Position numbers and translations under genes: made by a program
Part shown: one piece after another, positions 30,555 through 41,711 of the stretch
Layout of the letters: the number at the start of each line of letters is the position of its first letter
Position numbering within the stretch: the first letter of the stretch is position 1
Assembly (NCBI GenBank): GCA_963770935.1
Contig: CAVYRJ010000001.1
Location: 183,393 to 247,392, forward strand
Length of the DNA stretch: 64,000 nt
Direction of reading: 5' to 3'
Source of the DNA: Candidatus Bathyarchaeota archaeon
GTDB taxonomy: Archaea; Thermoproteota; Bathyarchaeia; Bathyarchaeales; Bathycorpusculaceae
Notes under the pieces: generated by a model
Databases searched by the model: none
What the model saw: the letters and a program-made list of their open reading frames with translations, nothing else
Told to the model about the DNA's origin: nothing

Positions 30555-31070
30555 TTGACTTTGGGTTTTTACGAAAATTTCCCCACAACTGTTCACAGGA
30601 TCGACAGTTTCAATTCTACAATTTCAAGCAAGCAACTTCAGCTGAAGTTGATTCAAGTTTTTTTTGAGTCAAACCGAAAGGAATTCAGTTTTGAAGAAGT
30701 CACTAACCCAACCGTTCCGCATGGTAAGGTGATTTTTGAGTTTGGACTGGCCGAATCTGAATGCTTCAACTATATCGATGAAGAGGAACTCAAAAAAACA
30801 CTAAAGTTTCTAGCAAAAGAACGGTTGCAGTCGATGGATTTTTTCTGTTCAATACGCTATTACAAGGGTATTGGTGAAAAGAAAACGTCGTTAAAGTTCG
30901 ACTATTATGTGTTAAGAACCATCTTTAGCAGGGATAATTTTGAAGTTCATGTGTTTCATGAACGTGGACCCAGATACATTTCGCCAGAAGAGGTAACCGA
31001 GTTTATTTTTAACGAAATCAATGAATCATCGAATAAACGTAAAAAAATTCTCAAGAAAACAGACATTTAA
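30555..31070 (+). CDS. Conserved hypothetical protein
   Basis: 171-aa ORF in operon context. Confidence 0.7.
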   Translation: MTLGFYENFPTTVHRIDSFNSTISSKQLQLKLIQVFFESNRKEFSFEEVTNPTVPHGKVIFEFGLAESECFNYIDEEELKKTLKFLAKERLQSMDFFCSIRYYKGIGEKKTSLKFDYYVLRTIFSRDNFEVHVFHERGPRYISPEEVTEFIFNEINESSNKRKKILKKTDI

Positions 31071-31179
31071 CATCCGTACAATTGAAAAGTTTTTACCGAA
31101 TTTCAGCCGAAAATTATATTTCAATCAGCATATAGTTAAAAAAAGCAGTATTTGCAAGAGCAAAATAGGAGCAAATCAA

Positions 31180-32136
31180 ATGCCATCGATTGAAGTTACA
31201 TCCCTAAAAAAACACTACGGAGAACTAAAAGCCGTCGACGATATCTCCTTCACAGTTAAAGAAGGTGAAGTCTTCGGTCTACTCGGTCCAAACGGCGCAG
31301 GTAAAACCACCACTATTGAAATCATGGAAGGTCTGCGTGAGAGAGATGGAGGCGACGTGAAAGTTTTGGGTCTTGACCCGTGGAAAAACGGATACGATCT
31401 CCATAAGAAAATTGGGGTAATCCCCCAGGAATTCACGTTCTTTGAAAAAACAACTCCGCGAGAAGCCATCATATATTACTCTGACCTCTTCAACATAAAA
31501 GTCGACCCAGACGAGATTCTAAGAGAAGTTCTGCTAGAAGAATCTGCCAAAGTCAATTTCGACAGTCTTTCAGGCGGGCAGAAGCAGAAGACAGGCCTTG
31601 CCCTTTCACTGGTTAACTCGCCAGAATTACTCTTCTTAGACGAACCAACAACTGGTTTGGATCCTAACGCAAGGCGGGCAATTTGGGAAGTTATTCGTGG
31701 ATTAAAATTCAAAGGAAAAACTATCATCTTAACAACCCATTACCTAGACGAGGCACAGCAACTCGCTGACAGAGTTGCTATTATGGATCATGGAAAAATC
31801 GTTGCCATGGGAACCACTGAAGAAATAATTCAACAACATGGCTCAGGTGAAAAGTTGGAGATTCATGGAAGCGAAAAACTCGCCGAATACATCAAAGCCA
31901 ACACTGAATTGAAAGTTGACTACGATAAAGTCAAAGGCGAAATTATTATACCATTGAAAAAGAAAATCGATGCCCTCGCAGCGCTTGCTGCGGCTGAGCA
32001 GTCAGGAATGGATTGGGGCGAGATTCAGACACGCCAAGATAGTTTGGATGACGTGTTTGTTAAACTCGTCAACGAACCATTTACCATGCAAGCAGAAGTC
32101 TCAGAGGGAAAAACCGATAAAAAGCGGAGGCGCTAA
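31180..32136 (+). CDS. ABC-2 type exporter ATP-binding protein
   Basis: GPNGAGKT, LSGGQ and LDEPTTGLD motifs; start moved to ATG 31180. Confidence 0.95.
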   Translation: MPSIEVTSLKKHYGELKAVDDISFTVKEGEVFGLLGPNGAGKTTTIEIMEGLRERDGGDVKVLGLDPWKNGYDLHKKIGVIPQEFTFFEKTTPREAIIYYSDLFNIKVDPDEILREVLLEESAKVNFDSLSGGQKQKTGLALSLVNSPELLFLDEPTTGLDPNARRAIWEVIRGLKFKGKTIILTTHYLDEAQQLADRVAIMDHGKIVAMGTTEEIIQQHGSGEKLEIHGSEKLAEYIKANTELKVDYDKVKGEIIIPLKKKIDALAALAAAEQSGMDWGEIQTRQDSLDDVFVKLVNEPFTMQAEVSEGKTDKKRRR

Positions 32137-32138
32137 GT

Positions 32139-33251
32139 TTGGTGAGTGTTAAACGTATCTACTCAGACTTCAAAGTTTTCAGCCGCGGATACCTCAGAAA
32201 CAAGTTCGGATTATTCTTCGGCTTAATTTTCCCAGTAATCTTGATCCTGATTTTTGGCGCAATCTTCTCAGGAGGAAACACCGGAAAAGTAAACGTCTAC
32301 GCTCAAAACCTAGACTCAGGACCGTTCCCCACAGGACAAAACCTCGGTGCAGGCTTCCTTGAAGCATTAAACGAATCCAGCACAATTACAGTAATAACGG
32401 TGGATTCTTCAGAGGACTTTCCAAAGTATCTGGCAGATCATTCTGCGTCAGAGGGTATATTGATTCCTCAAAACTTCACCTTAGACTATGCCATGAGTCA
32501 GCAAGTTAACGTAACTGTTTATGGTAACCCTACCTCAAGCACAAGTGGAATAGTAAGTGGCACCGTTAGTGGATATGCCAATTACTTTAACCTACAACGC
32601 TTCAATGGTACGATGGTTATTGGAATATCTTCTGCAACTGTGAATGCTCAACAATCAAAGTACATTGACTTCTTGATTCCAGGCTTAATCGGCTTCTCAA
32701 TACTTACCAGCCCAATGTTCTCGCTAGTCAACATTTCCTCAGAATACAAGAAGACAAAGCTGTTCAAACAACTTTCACTTACACCGCTGACAAAGATGGA
32801 GTGGCTAATGTCTAAAATGATTTGGTACATTGTCTTGACTTTCGCTGGCTTTTTACTAATGGTTGGTGTGGGGATCTTCGCTTTCGGTGCACATGTTATG
32901 TTAACGCCTTGGCTAATACCCTTCCTAGTTTTGGGTCCGATGCTGTTTGCAGCCCTCGGTATGCTGGTTGGCACAGTAACAAAGAACCCTGAAACCGCAG
33001 GCGTCATAGGCAACATCGTGACGTTCCCCATGATGTTCCTCGCAGGCACCTTCTTCCCCATCAGCAGCATGCCAACCTACCTGCAAACCTTCGCTCATGT
33101 ACTACCATTATTCTACGTTATAGAAGGTTTAAACAACGCCATGGTCTACGGAAACATAGACGGCGCAATAATCGACATTGCTGTCCTCGGGATAATAACA
33201 GTGGTTATCTTTGCCTTGGCAGTAAAATTATTCAAGTGGAGAGAAGACTAA
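32139..33251 (+). CDS. ABC-2 type exporter permease
   Basis: Multi-TM, FPMMFLAGTFFP motif. Confidence 0.93.
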   Translation: MVSVKRIYSDFKVFSRGYLRNKFGLFFGLIFPVILILIFGAIFSGGNTGKVNVYAQNLDSGPFPTGQNLGAGFLEALNESSTITVITVDSSEDFPKYLADHSASEGILIPQNFTLDYAMSQQVNVTVYGNPTSSTSGIVSGTVSGYANYFNLQRFNGTMVIGISSATVNAQQSKYIDFLIPGLIGFSILTSPMFSLVNISSEYKKTKLFKQLSLTPLTKMEWLMSKMIWYIVLTFAGFLLMVGVGIFAFGAHVMLTPWLIPFLVLGPMLFAALGMLVGTVTKNPETAGVIGNIVTFPMMFLAGTFFPISSMPTYLQTFAHVLPLFYVIEGLNNAMVYGNIDGAIIDIAVLGIITVVIFALAVKLFKWRED

Positions 33252-33442
33252 ACTTTGTTTTCTTCTTATTTTTTCTTCAGTAATGTTACCTAAGAACTTC
33301 ATTTTGTACACAAGAGCCTTATTTTGCCTTTTACAGATGTGCTATGACTTTCTATGATGCAACCTGCAACCATAGCAAACTCAGAATTAAAAAAAGAACC
33401 GAAAATAGGTTAATAATTTTCTGAAAAAGCACTTGTTTTCAA

Positions 33443-34051
33443 TCAGTTAACTACTTTGCAAGTTTTAAGCAAACCCAAAACAACAGCATACAGCTCATCA
33501 CCTACTGCTTTTTTGGGCTTGTCACCGTCGACCCTAATCAATTCGCCCTTTTCAACAAACTTGAGGTAGACTTCGCGGACTTTCCTTTGTGTTTCCAGAG
33601 TTTCCATCACAGATTTTTTCCTTTGCAAACGCTCCAGAACGCGTTCAGGATCCACATCTATGAATATGCTAAAATCTGGCTGCAACGCGCGGGCATTGAT
33701 TGTTTCTATCCAATCTAAACTAAGTCTAGCGCTACCCTGATAGGCAAGTGAAGAGTAGATATAGCGGTCGCAAATGACCAGTTTTCCTTCATCCAACGCT
33801 GGTTTTACCTCTTTTTGCATATGTTCGATGCGGTCTGCGGCGAAGAGGAGAGCTTCGGCTTCAGTTGGGAGTCGTTTTTCTTCGTAGAGGCATCCTTGGC
33901 GGATAAACGTGCCGATTTTACCTCGGCTTGGCTCAGCTGTAAGCAAAACGTTGTATTTTTGGGAGAGCTTTTTTGCTAAAAGGCCCGCTTGGGTGGTTTT
34001 TCCACTTCCATCTAAACCTTCGATAACTATAAAGATGCCTTTTTTACCCAT
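33443..34051 (-). CDS. tmk: Thymidylate (dTMP) kinase
   Basis: EGLDGSGKTT, LLFAADR and DRYIYSSLAYQ motifs. Confidence 0.96.
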   Translation of the reverse strand: MGKKGIFIVIEGLDGSGKTTQAGLLAKKLSQKYNVLLTAEPSRGKIGTFIRQGCLYEEKRLPTEAEALLFAADRIEHMQKEVKPALDEGKLVICDRYIYSSLAYQGSARLSLDWIETINARALQPDFSIFIDVDPERVLERLQRKKSVMETLETQRKVREVYLKFVEKGELIRVDGDKPKKAVGDELYAVVLGLLKTCKVVN

Positions 34052-34129
34052 ACGTATCAGCTCTGCGATTTAGCGTTACACATTAATGGAAGTTACCTAA
34101 ATATAGCTTACAACTGTGAGGTTGCGCTT

Positions 34130-35410
34130 GTGCCTAAGGCTTACTGGGGAGAAATCAAGGATCCTGTACACGGGTACGTGTACATTACGGAACCAGAAAA
34201 AAACGTAATCGACTCCTATCCCATGCAGCGGCTGCGCAGATTGCGGCAGTTGGCAGGTTCAGAATACGTTTACCCAGGCGCCAACCATACCCGCTTTGAA
34301 CATTGTCTAGGCGTTATGTACCTTGCAGGAAAAGTCTTGGAGAACCCAAACATTTCTCGGGGCGTAAGCGACGAGGAAGTGGATGTCACCCGAATATCCG
34401 CGTTGCTTCATGACGCTGGGCACGGTCCATTCTCTCATGTCTTTGAGCATTTACTAATCAACGACCTTGAGAAAACGCACGAGGACATCACCTCTTGGAT
34501 TATCGAGAAAAGCGAAGTCGGCGATAAACTATCCAAGATGGGCTTCAACCCAAAAGAAGTTGGGGCGCTTGCAGTTGGGAAGCTTCACAAGAAAGACCAC
34601 GCTTTCCTTGACCAAATCATAAGCAGCGCTGTAGACGTTGACAAACAAGACTTCATCGTCCGAGACACATACCACACAGGCGCAGAGTACGGTTTTATCG
34701 ACATCTTCCGTCTTATTCATGCACTCGACGTTTTAGGAGAAAACTTGGCAGTTGAACTTGGCGCACTATCGGCGTTAGAGGCGTTCATGATTGCCCGAAT
34801 TGAATCGTTCAAAAGCATCTATTTCCACCGCGTCGGTAGAGCTGCTCAGATTATGTTAGCGACCGCTATGGAAAAAGCAAACAGCGAGTTGGGGTTAACC
34901 GCATTTAAAACGCCTGAAGAGTATTTGGCGCTGGATGATTATACGGTTTGGTCGGCGCTCAAAAAATGTCAAGCCTCAAAAGGCATAATCGCTGATTTGG
35001 AGCATCGACGCATGCTTAAATGCGCTTACGAGCGGACCTTCTACGAGAAAGATACGATGATTTCAAACTTGTTTGGCAGAGAATCCTACCGTAGCCAGGT
35101 GCAGAATGAGATTGCCAGGGAAGCTGGAGTTAGCTTAGAATCTGTAATTATCGACGTACCTACAGTGCCGTCTGTCCCTTACCATCACGCCGTACTCATG
35201 GAGTCTATGGAAATTCCAGCCTTCACCCGAAACCCAGCAGGGAACAAAATACCACAGCGGCTAAGCGAGATTTCACGGATATTTGAAACACTTAAAGGCT
35301 TCATGAACATCCTTCGCGTATACACTGACGAAGCCGACCGTGCCAAAGTGGAAAGGGCAACCGCTAAGATTTTGGGCAAAATTCCTTCAGCCGCAAAGAT
35401 CTCTTTCTAA
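34130..35410 (+). CDS. HD-domain dNTP triphosphohydrolase-like (SAMHD1/YwfO family)
   Basis: DPVHG, QRLRRLRQL, HTRFEH, LLHDAGHGPFSH and DVDKQD motifs. Confidence 0.92.
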   Translation: MPKAYWGEIKDPVHGYVYITEPEKNVIDSYPMQRLRRLRQLAGSEYVYPGANHTRFEHCLGVMYLAGKVLENPNISRGVSDEEVDVTRISALLHDAGHGPFSHVFEHLLINDLEKTHEDITSWIIEKSEVGDKLSKMGFNPKEVGALAVGKLHKKDHAFLDQIISSAVDVDKQDFIVRDTYHTGAEYGFIDIFRLIHALDVLGENLAVELGALSALEAFMIARIESFKSIYFHRVGRAAQIMLATAMEKANSELGLTAFKTPEEYLALDDYTVWSALKKCQASKGIIADLEHRRMLKCAYERTFYEKDTMISNLFGRESYRSQVQNEIAREAGVSLESVIIDVPTVPSVPYHHAVLMESMEIPAFTRNPAGNKIPQRLSEISRIFETLKGFMNILRVYTDEADRAKVERATAKILGKIPSAAKISF

Positions 35411-35493
35411 TGGAGAAACACTTTTTCTTAAATACTAGGTTATGCTTAACAAAATGATCATAGAAACGCTAGACCGCGTATGAAGGGAACCAC

Positions 35494-36009
35494 ATGTCAA
35501 ATAATGCTGAGGATAAGAAAATTATCAGTGTTAGAATTAAAAGAAAACCTGATCCAAAACCAGAGCCTTCTTTGCTTTACTCGGAAAAAGACATTCGCCG
35601 CTTCGTTTCGGAGTTTGTTTCTTCATGGATAAGAGGAGACATAATCATTCGTTTCCCAACAGCCGCTGAGCTGGCTAAGAAGACGCCGCTTAGTATAGCG
35701 TTCCCGACTGACCCCTCCGTTAACGCTGAACTAAAAATAAAAGAGCATTATGTTGACCTCCTATCTGTAATCGCTGGCACAAAACCCTCATCCGCTGAGG
35801 AACAGAAGAAGGCAATTGATGAAGTGTTCAAGATGCTGCTCATGTTCCGCTCAGCGAATCGCATTGAAGGAAAAATCATCTCAAACGATCTAGAAAAAAG
35901 GATTCAAGAACTGGAAAAAAATGCAATAAACCAAGCCAAACTTGTAGAGCAAATAACTGGCTTTTTGTTTACCCCAAAAAAACCTAAACCCATTAAGCCT
36001 GTTAGCTAA
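35494..36009 (+). CDS. Hypothetical protein
   Basis: 171-aa ORF, no recognised motif. Confidence 0.6.
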   Translation: MSNNAEDKKIISVRIKRKPDPKPEPSLLYSEKDIRRFVSEFVSSWIRGDIIIRFPTAAELAKKTPLSIAFPTDPSVNAELKIKEHYVDLLSVIAGTKPSSAEEQKKAIDEVFKMLLMFRSANRIEGKIISNDLEKRIQELEKNAINQAKLVEQITGFLFTPKKPKPIKPVS

Positions 36010-36079
36010 TATAGGGTTCCGGAAGGGTAAGGTTTATTCGAAGGAAACTGTATTTTGCTTGATGCTTCTAGCAAAAAGC

Positions 36080-36157
36080 GCTCCGGTAGTATAGTCCGGT
36101 CAAGTATACTGGCCTTTCGAGTCGGCGACCCGGGTCCAAATCCCGGCCGGAGCACCA
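36080..36157 (+). tRNA. tRNA-Glu(TTC), CCA encoded
   Basis: GCTCCGG...CTGGC-CTTTCGA-GTCGG...CCGGGTCCAAATCCCGG-CCGGAGC-ACCA cloverleaf. Confidence 0.92.
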
Positions 36158-36414
36158 ACCATCCCTTTAAAACCATTCTTTGCAGGCACCTTATTCAGTT
36201 ATTGAATGAGTACCAACTGAGGTTCTTGTAGAGTCAAAGCTACTCATGTCAATCTTATGCTCCTTAATAGAGCGAATTTACTAGGGGAAGATAAAAGACT
36301 CTGGTGTAAGCCAGGATGCCAGCTTGAGTGCTTCTGGGAGGTTATTTTAACATCCATTTCACGGCAAAACCAAGGAGTGTCTCTCCAACAAACAGTAAAT
36401 AAAGCCCTAAACCA

Positions 36415-37971
36415 ATGAAAACCCTAGGTAGTATCATCTTGACCAACAACATAGATATTGCTTACAAGAAACTTTTATCGAAAACTAAAGATGCAATGGT
36501 GCTTTCGACGACTGAAAGCATAATCCATTGGGATATGGAAATCTACATGCCTCCTAAGGCTGTGGAGCAACGCAGCCAACAACTGGCACTTTTAAGTCGC
36601 ATTCACCATAAACTCGGAACAGACCCCGAAATAGGAAAACTACTAAAGACTATCCAAACAAGCTCAGAGTACCAAGCGCTGGGGCAAGTGGAAAAACGCA
36701 ACCTCTATCTTATCAACAAAACCTATCAAGAACAAACCGCGTTGCCCGAAAAAATCGTTGCAGACCTCGCAATGCAAGAAGCAATAACAGTCAACATGTG
36801 GAAGAAAGCAAAAGCACAGAAAAACTTTGGCATCTATAAAGCGGATCTACAAAAACTTTTAAACCTCAGCAAACAAGCAGCGGAAATTCTCATGAAAGTC
36901 AAGCAGACCAAGACGTCCTATGAAGCGTTACTCGATAATTTTGAGCCGAAAATGCCTGCAGAGACCATAACAAGAACCTTCAATCACTTATTGGCAGGTT
37001 TAAAGCCTTTAATTGCGAAGATTGAAACTTGTAAAACCAAACCATCCATCCAAAGCCTCAATCAGCCAGTTCCAGTGGAGAATCAGCGCAAAATTACCCA
37101 TCTCATAACGGGATTTCTCGGTTTCGATACTGCCTCTTCGGAAGCAGGGGGAAGAGTGGATGAGACGGAACACCCATTTACCTCAGGATATTATGATGAT
37201 GTTCGCATAACTACTCATTATTACCCTAATAATTTTGCAAGTTCAATCTTCTCGGTGCTCCACGAAAGCGGGCATGCACTCTACGAGCAAAACCTCAACC
37301 CAAAGTGGCAATACCAACCGGTGGGCTCTACCTGCTCTTTTGGTATACATGAATCCCAGTCGCGTTTGTTCGAAAACATAATCGGACGTTCTGAAGAGTT
37401 CTGGACAGTTTTTTTGCCTAAAATTAAAAAAGCAGCACCAAACCTCAGTATCCTTAAACTAGATCCCTTCATCCACGCTATAAACAGGGTTGAACGCTCA
37501 AAAATCCGAGTCGAAGCTGACGAAGTCACCTACAACCTCCACATCATAATCCGCTTTGAAATTGAAAGTGCCCTTTTCGCTGACAAAATCTCAGTTGATG
37601 AGCTTCCAGAAATATGGAACCAAAAATACAAGGATTATCTTGGCGTAAAAATCGGGAATGACTCAGAGGGGGTGATGCAAGATACCCATTGGGCAAGTGG
37701 ACTATTCGGTTACTTCCCAAGCTATGCTTTAGGAAACATCTACAGTGGACAACTAACCGCTGCTTTCACTAAAGTCCTGCCCGAGTGGCGCAGCCTACTT
37801 GCACAAGGAAGCATAGAAGTTGTTAACGGTTGGTTGAAGACTAACATTTACGGCAAAGGCAATCTCTATGACTCCGAAGACCTAATCACACGAGCAACGG
37901 GAACAATCATAGATTCAGAACCATACCTTAAGTACCTAAACCAAAAATACAGTACCCTCTACGAGTTTTAA
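36415..37971 (+). CDS. Thermostable carboxypeptidase (M32)
   Basis: HPF, HESGH, HESQS, IRVEAD, QDTHW and GYFPSY motifs. Confidence 0.95.
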   Translation: MKTLGSIILTNNIDIAYKKLLSKTKDAMVLSTTESIIHWDMEIYMPPKAVEQRSQQLALLSRIHHKLGTDPEIGKLLKTIQTSSEYQALGQVEKRNLYLINKTYQEQTALPEKIVADLAMQEAITVNMWKKAKAQKNFGIYKADLQKLLNLSKQAAEILMKVKQTKTSYEALLDNFEPKMPAETITRTFNHLLAGLKPLIAKIETCKTKPSIQSLNQPVPVENQRKITHLITGFLGFDTASSEAGGRVDETEHPFTSGYYDDVRITTHYYPNNFASSIFSVLHESGHALYEQNLNPKWQYQPVGSTCSFGIHESQSRLFENIIGRSEEFWTVFLPKIKKAAPNLSILKLDPFIHAINRVERSKIRVEADEVTYNLHIIIRFEIESALFADKISVDELPEIWNQKYKDYLGVKIGNDSEGVMQDTHWASGLFGYFPSYALGNIYSGQLTAAFTKVLPEWRSLLAQGSIEVVNGWLKTNIYGKGNLYDSEDLITRATGTIIDSEPYLKYLNQKYSTLYEF

Positions 37972-38150
37972 CACGGCTTTTTCTTCGTTAATTCCTTGTA
38001 GATGTAAACGATTAGGTATGCCGCGACTGAACCAATGAACAGGTAAACGCCGCTGTAACCGACAACTGAATTATAATTGTTAGCGCCATATAGAAACAGC
38101 AAAAAACCAAGTATGAATAAACCAAGTAATGTCCAGTCAGTCCAAGACAT
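37968..38150 (-). CDS. Small two-TM membrane protein
   Basis: 60 aa, two hydrophobic helices, basic tail. Confidence 0.6.
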   Translation of the reverse strand: MSWTDWTLLGLFILGFLLFLYGANNYNSVVGYSGVYLFIGSVAAYLIVYIYKELTKKKPC

Positions 38151-38354
38151 CGAATTTCTCCGCTAAATTAGGCATTCAATATCCAGCTTCAGATATAAAG
38201 ATTTAGCGAAGGACAGAAACACTTTCGCCACATTAAAACCTTTTTCAAACAGCAACTTGCAGTTAAAACTAACTCAGCCAGACTTAATCTTTTCCAGTTC
38301 TTCCGACGTTTTTATATATAAGGTAGACCTCAAAGAGCGACCGAGGTAAATTAA

Positions 38355-39794
38355 ATGTCGGGAGTAGACATTAAAAAGCCAGAAACACGCGAAATATTCA
38401 TAAAAATGCTAAGTGATGCCGCAAAAAAAGAGGTTGGTTCTAAGGGAAAGCCGACAAAACCGACAGTTGTCGGAACAGCAAAAGAAATGGACATCCACAG
38501 AGACACACTTTATTCATGGTTAAAGGAGTTCAATGTCGATTTCAAGGAGATTGTTGATCGAATGCCGACAATAGTTGACGATGTTATGGAAGATTCAGGA
38601 CCTACATACTTAATCGGTGAATCGCTATTAGGAGAAGGAAACGAAGTTGCACACATTGACCTTTTGATAGGCGACAAAAACGGACCTATCGGACAAGCAT
38701 TCGCAAATGGCATGTCGCAATTATCAGCCGGACACACACCAGTCCTAGCAGTAATCAGACCTAACTTGCCGCCAAAACCACACACACTAATCGTACCAAA
38801 AGTCACTATCAAAAACATGGAAGACACAGGAAAAATTTTCGGCCCCGCACAAGCAGCAGTTGCAAAAGCCATCGCTGACTCAGCTGAAGAAGGAATCATT
38901 CCTGCAAGCAAACTAGACGAATGGGTTATCATCTGTAGCGTTTTCATTCATCCAAAAGCAACTGATTACCGCAAGATATACCAGTACAACTATGGCGCAA
39001 CAAAAATGGCGCTAAAACGCGCACTAAAGAAGTATCCAACACTTGAAAAGATAATCTATGACAAAGACCGCGCAAAGCACCCAATCATGGGCTTCCGCGT
39101 ACCACGCCTATGGAGACCACCATACCTCCAAATTGCGCTTGATGCACCTTCACTCGAAGGGGCAAAGAAAGTCATCGAAGCGCTTCCAGGCAGCGACAGA
39201 ATCATCCTTGAAGTCGGCACACCACTCATCAAACGGTATGGCACAAGAGGCATTAACGAACTACGACAAATAGCCAAAGACAAATTCATTATAGCAGACC
39301 TAAAAACGCTTGACGTTGGCAAAGTTGAAGTAGACATCGCATACGAAGACACCGCAGATGCAGTTGTTGCAGCAGGCCTAGCACCACCAGAAACATTAGA
39401 TGCAACGGTACAGGAAGCCAAACGCCTAGGAATCTACGCAATCATCGACATGCTTAACGTAGAAAACGTCCTTGGCAAACTCAAATCACTCAAAGATTTC
39501 CCAGACATAGTCATCTTACACCGAGGCATCGACCAAGAAAGCGGCAGAAGCTGCGGGCTTGAACGCATAAAACTCCTTCGCCAAGCATTCCCCAACAAGA
39601 AATTCCTAATCGCAGTGGCAGGCGGAATCGTCCCAGAAACAGCCAAAGAAGCATTAGATCAAGGCGCAGATATACTCATCGTCGGCAGATACGTTACCCA
39701 ATCCAAAGACATTGAAAGGTCAGTACGAGACTTCCTTGAATTGACACCAAGCATGCGCGAAGACGTAGACTTATACAGAGTTCACACAGAATAA
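38355..39794 (+). CDS. fae-hps: Bifunctional formaldehyde-activating enzyme / 3-hexulose-6-phosphate synthase with extra N-terminal HTH-like domain
   Basis: [25 protein letters not shown] (Fae); [25 protein letters not shown] (Hps). Confidence 0.93.
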   Translation: MSGVDIKKPETREIFIKMLSDAAKKEVGSKGKPTKPTVVGTAKEMDIHRDTLYSWLKEFNVDFKEIVDRMPTIVDDVMEDSGPTYLIGESLLGEGNEVAHIDLLIGDKNGPIGQAFANGMSQLSAGHTPVLAVIRPNLPPKPHTLIVPKVTIKNMEDTGKIFGPAQAAVAKAIADSAEEGIIPASKLDEWVIICSVFIHPKATDYRKIYQYNYGATKMALKRALKKYPTLEKIIYDKDRAKHPIMGFRVPRLWRPPYLQIALDAPSLEGAKKVIEALPGSDRIILEVGTPLIKRYGTRGINELRQIAKDKFIIADLKTLDVGKVEVDIAYEDTADAVVAAGLAPPETLDATVQEAKRLGIYAIIDMLNVENVLGKLKSLKDFPDIVILHRGIDQESGRSCGLERIKLLRQAFPNKKFLIAVAGGIVPETAKEALDQGADILIVGRYVTQSKDIERSVRDFLELTPSMREDVDLYRVHTE

Positions 39795-39838
39795 ACCAAA
39801 ACCCGAGCGAAAACTCGCTCACACCTATCTTTTTTATT

Positions 39839-41080
39839 TTAACCTTTAATGGCAAAAATTTTCAGTATTAAGTATGCACAGAAGAATCCAACACCTGCAA
39901 TTATGAAAGTCGGAAGATAATTTAGGTATTCAGCTAGGAAAGGTCCAAGGAAAGAGCCTATTGCCGCGCCCAAGCCTACTAGACCGTCAAAAAAGCCTGA
40001 TTTGCCCTCAGGGATAAGTTCCATGGAAAGAGAAATCATCATAATGTAGTACATGGCGTAAGCGAAGCCTAAGAAAACAAGAAAGATACCAGTCATGATT
40101 GTTGGTGAAAAAGCGAGTTGGATAACTCCAACAAATAGAAAGATTAGAAGGCTGCGGGCGAGAACGAAACGGGGCACTTGTTTTCTAATATTCATCGTTC
40201 TTGCTCGGTTACGAATTAAGAAGTAGCCTACTGTTGCTCCAACAGAATTAAGTATGTAAGCAACATAAACCATGCTTGCTTGTCCCTGAAAAATTTCTTT
40301 TAGATATATTGGCAGAGGTGTAAAAAACAGGCTTGTTGCAAGAGAGAATATTATTATGGCAAAGGCAAACCCGGGGAAACTTTCTTTCTTAAGTGACCCC
40401 TTCCACCGTAAACCATACGATTCTATACCGCGATTAGCGAAGTCCAGCGTTCTCTCCATCCCCACCAACCGGCGCTCAAAAATCAGCATTGGGTCAGCAA
40501 TCAAAAATATTGAAAGAATGAACGCAACCAAGCTTAAGACACTACACAGGAACAGAGTGTAAGTAGCCAAAACAGTTGCGCTAAGAGCAGTGGTAAATGC
40601 AAACGCCCCAATAGCTAATACTAATCCAATCGCTAACCCAATAATGAAGCCGATTTCAGTGAGACCTTCATAAAAACCGTAGGATTTTTCCCAGTCCTCC
40701 CGGCTGTAATGTTCGGCGATGAGGACGTTTTTTGGAGCTTCATGAGAGACATGGAGAACTTGCATCACAACATACAAGATAACAAAGAGGATGATGTTTT
40801 GGGCAAAGGGTAAAGCCATAAGGAAAAGAATGATTGCTGAGGAAAGAAACGACAAAAGTATAAACGCTTTGTAATGCCTCGTGGCATCACAGAGGTATCC
40901 CCATAAAAATGAGGCAGGGATGGAGCAGAATATTGCGATTGATGTCATTACCCCCAAAGCGACAAGCGGTCCACCGAGAATACTGGTGTCTTTGAAGGCG
41001 ACTAGGTAGAGCGGTATGAAAACACTTAGTAGTCCAAATGCTATCTCGTGAAAGAAGAACCCTAGCCGCCACATAGCCAC
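39839..41080 (-). CDS. MFS transporter
   Basis: About 12 TM helices, WGYLCD motif-A-like loop. Confidence 0.88.
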   Translation of the reverse strand: MAMWRLGFFFHEIAFGLLSVFIPLYLVAFKDTSILGGPLVALGVMTSIAIFCSIPASFLWGYLCDATRHYKAFILLSFLSSAIILFLMALPFAQNIILFVILYVVMQVLHVSHEAPKNVLIAEHYSREDWEKSYGFYEGLTEIGFIIGLAIGLVLAIGAFAFTTALSATVLATYTLFLCSVLSLVAFILSIFLIADPMLIFERRLVGMERTLDFANRGIESYGLRWKGSLKKESFPGFAFAIIIFSLATSLFFTPLPIYLKEIFQGQASMVYVAYILNSVGATVGYFLIRNRARTMNIRKQVPRFVLARSLLIFLFVGVIQLAFSPTIMTGIFLVFLGFAYAMYYIMMISLSMELIPEGKSGFFDGLVGLGAAIGSFLGPFLAEYLNYLPTFIIAGVGFFCAYLILKIFAIKG

Positions 41081-41219
41081 AAAACGAACTCGATGTCGAA
41101 TTAAAACTTTTACCCGAAATAATCTTAACTCGCCTAAAAATAGCCTTTGAACCGATAAATTTTCATAAATCCTTAATAGAGAGAGCAGCCAACTTCATAC
41201 TCCGCTGGAGAGAAAATCA

Positions 41220-41621
41220 ATGGCAAAGTTTAAGGTAATAGTTTCCGACCCCGAAGCTGGAACATCCAAAGTAGTTGAGCTTGAAGAAGCACGCGCAGCC
41301 CCCTTTATTGGGAGAAGAGTGGGCGAAACATTAGACGGCTCAGCAGTAGACTTACCAGCACACACAGTGCAAATCTTAGGCGGCTCTGACAAAGATGGAG
41401 TACCCATGAGAGGAAACGTCCATGGCGGTGTACGACGAAGAGTAGTATTAAGCGGAGGAGCGGGTTTTAGCCCAAAGAAAAAGGGAGAGCGAAGACGAAA
41501 AACAGTTCGCGGAAACATAATTACCGATGAAATAGCTCAAATCAACATGAAAATTATTGAGAGACCAGCATCAGCGGTAAAAGCGCCCGAAGCCAAAGCC
41601 GAGCAAGCACCTAAACAGTAA
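41220..41621 (+). CDS. rps6e: 30S ribosomal protein S6e
   Basis: GGSDKDGVPM, GERRRKTVRG. Confidence 0.97.
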   Translation: MAKFKVIVSDPEAGTSKVVELEEARAAPFIGRRVGETLDGSAVDLPAHTVQILGGSDKDGVPMRGNVHGGVRRRVVLSGGAGFSPKKKGERRRKTVRGNIITDEIAQINMKIIERPASAVKAPEAKAEQAPKQ

Positions 41622-41711
41622 TTTTGCTTTTGTTCATGCTTAAACCTTATAAACTTCTATAATTAATTCATCCTTTATTCGTCAGTATTTATTGAAAAGA
41701 AGAAGAACTAT

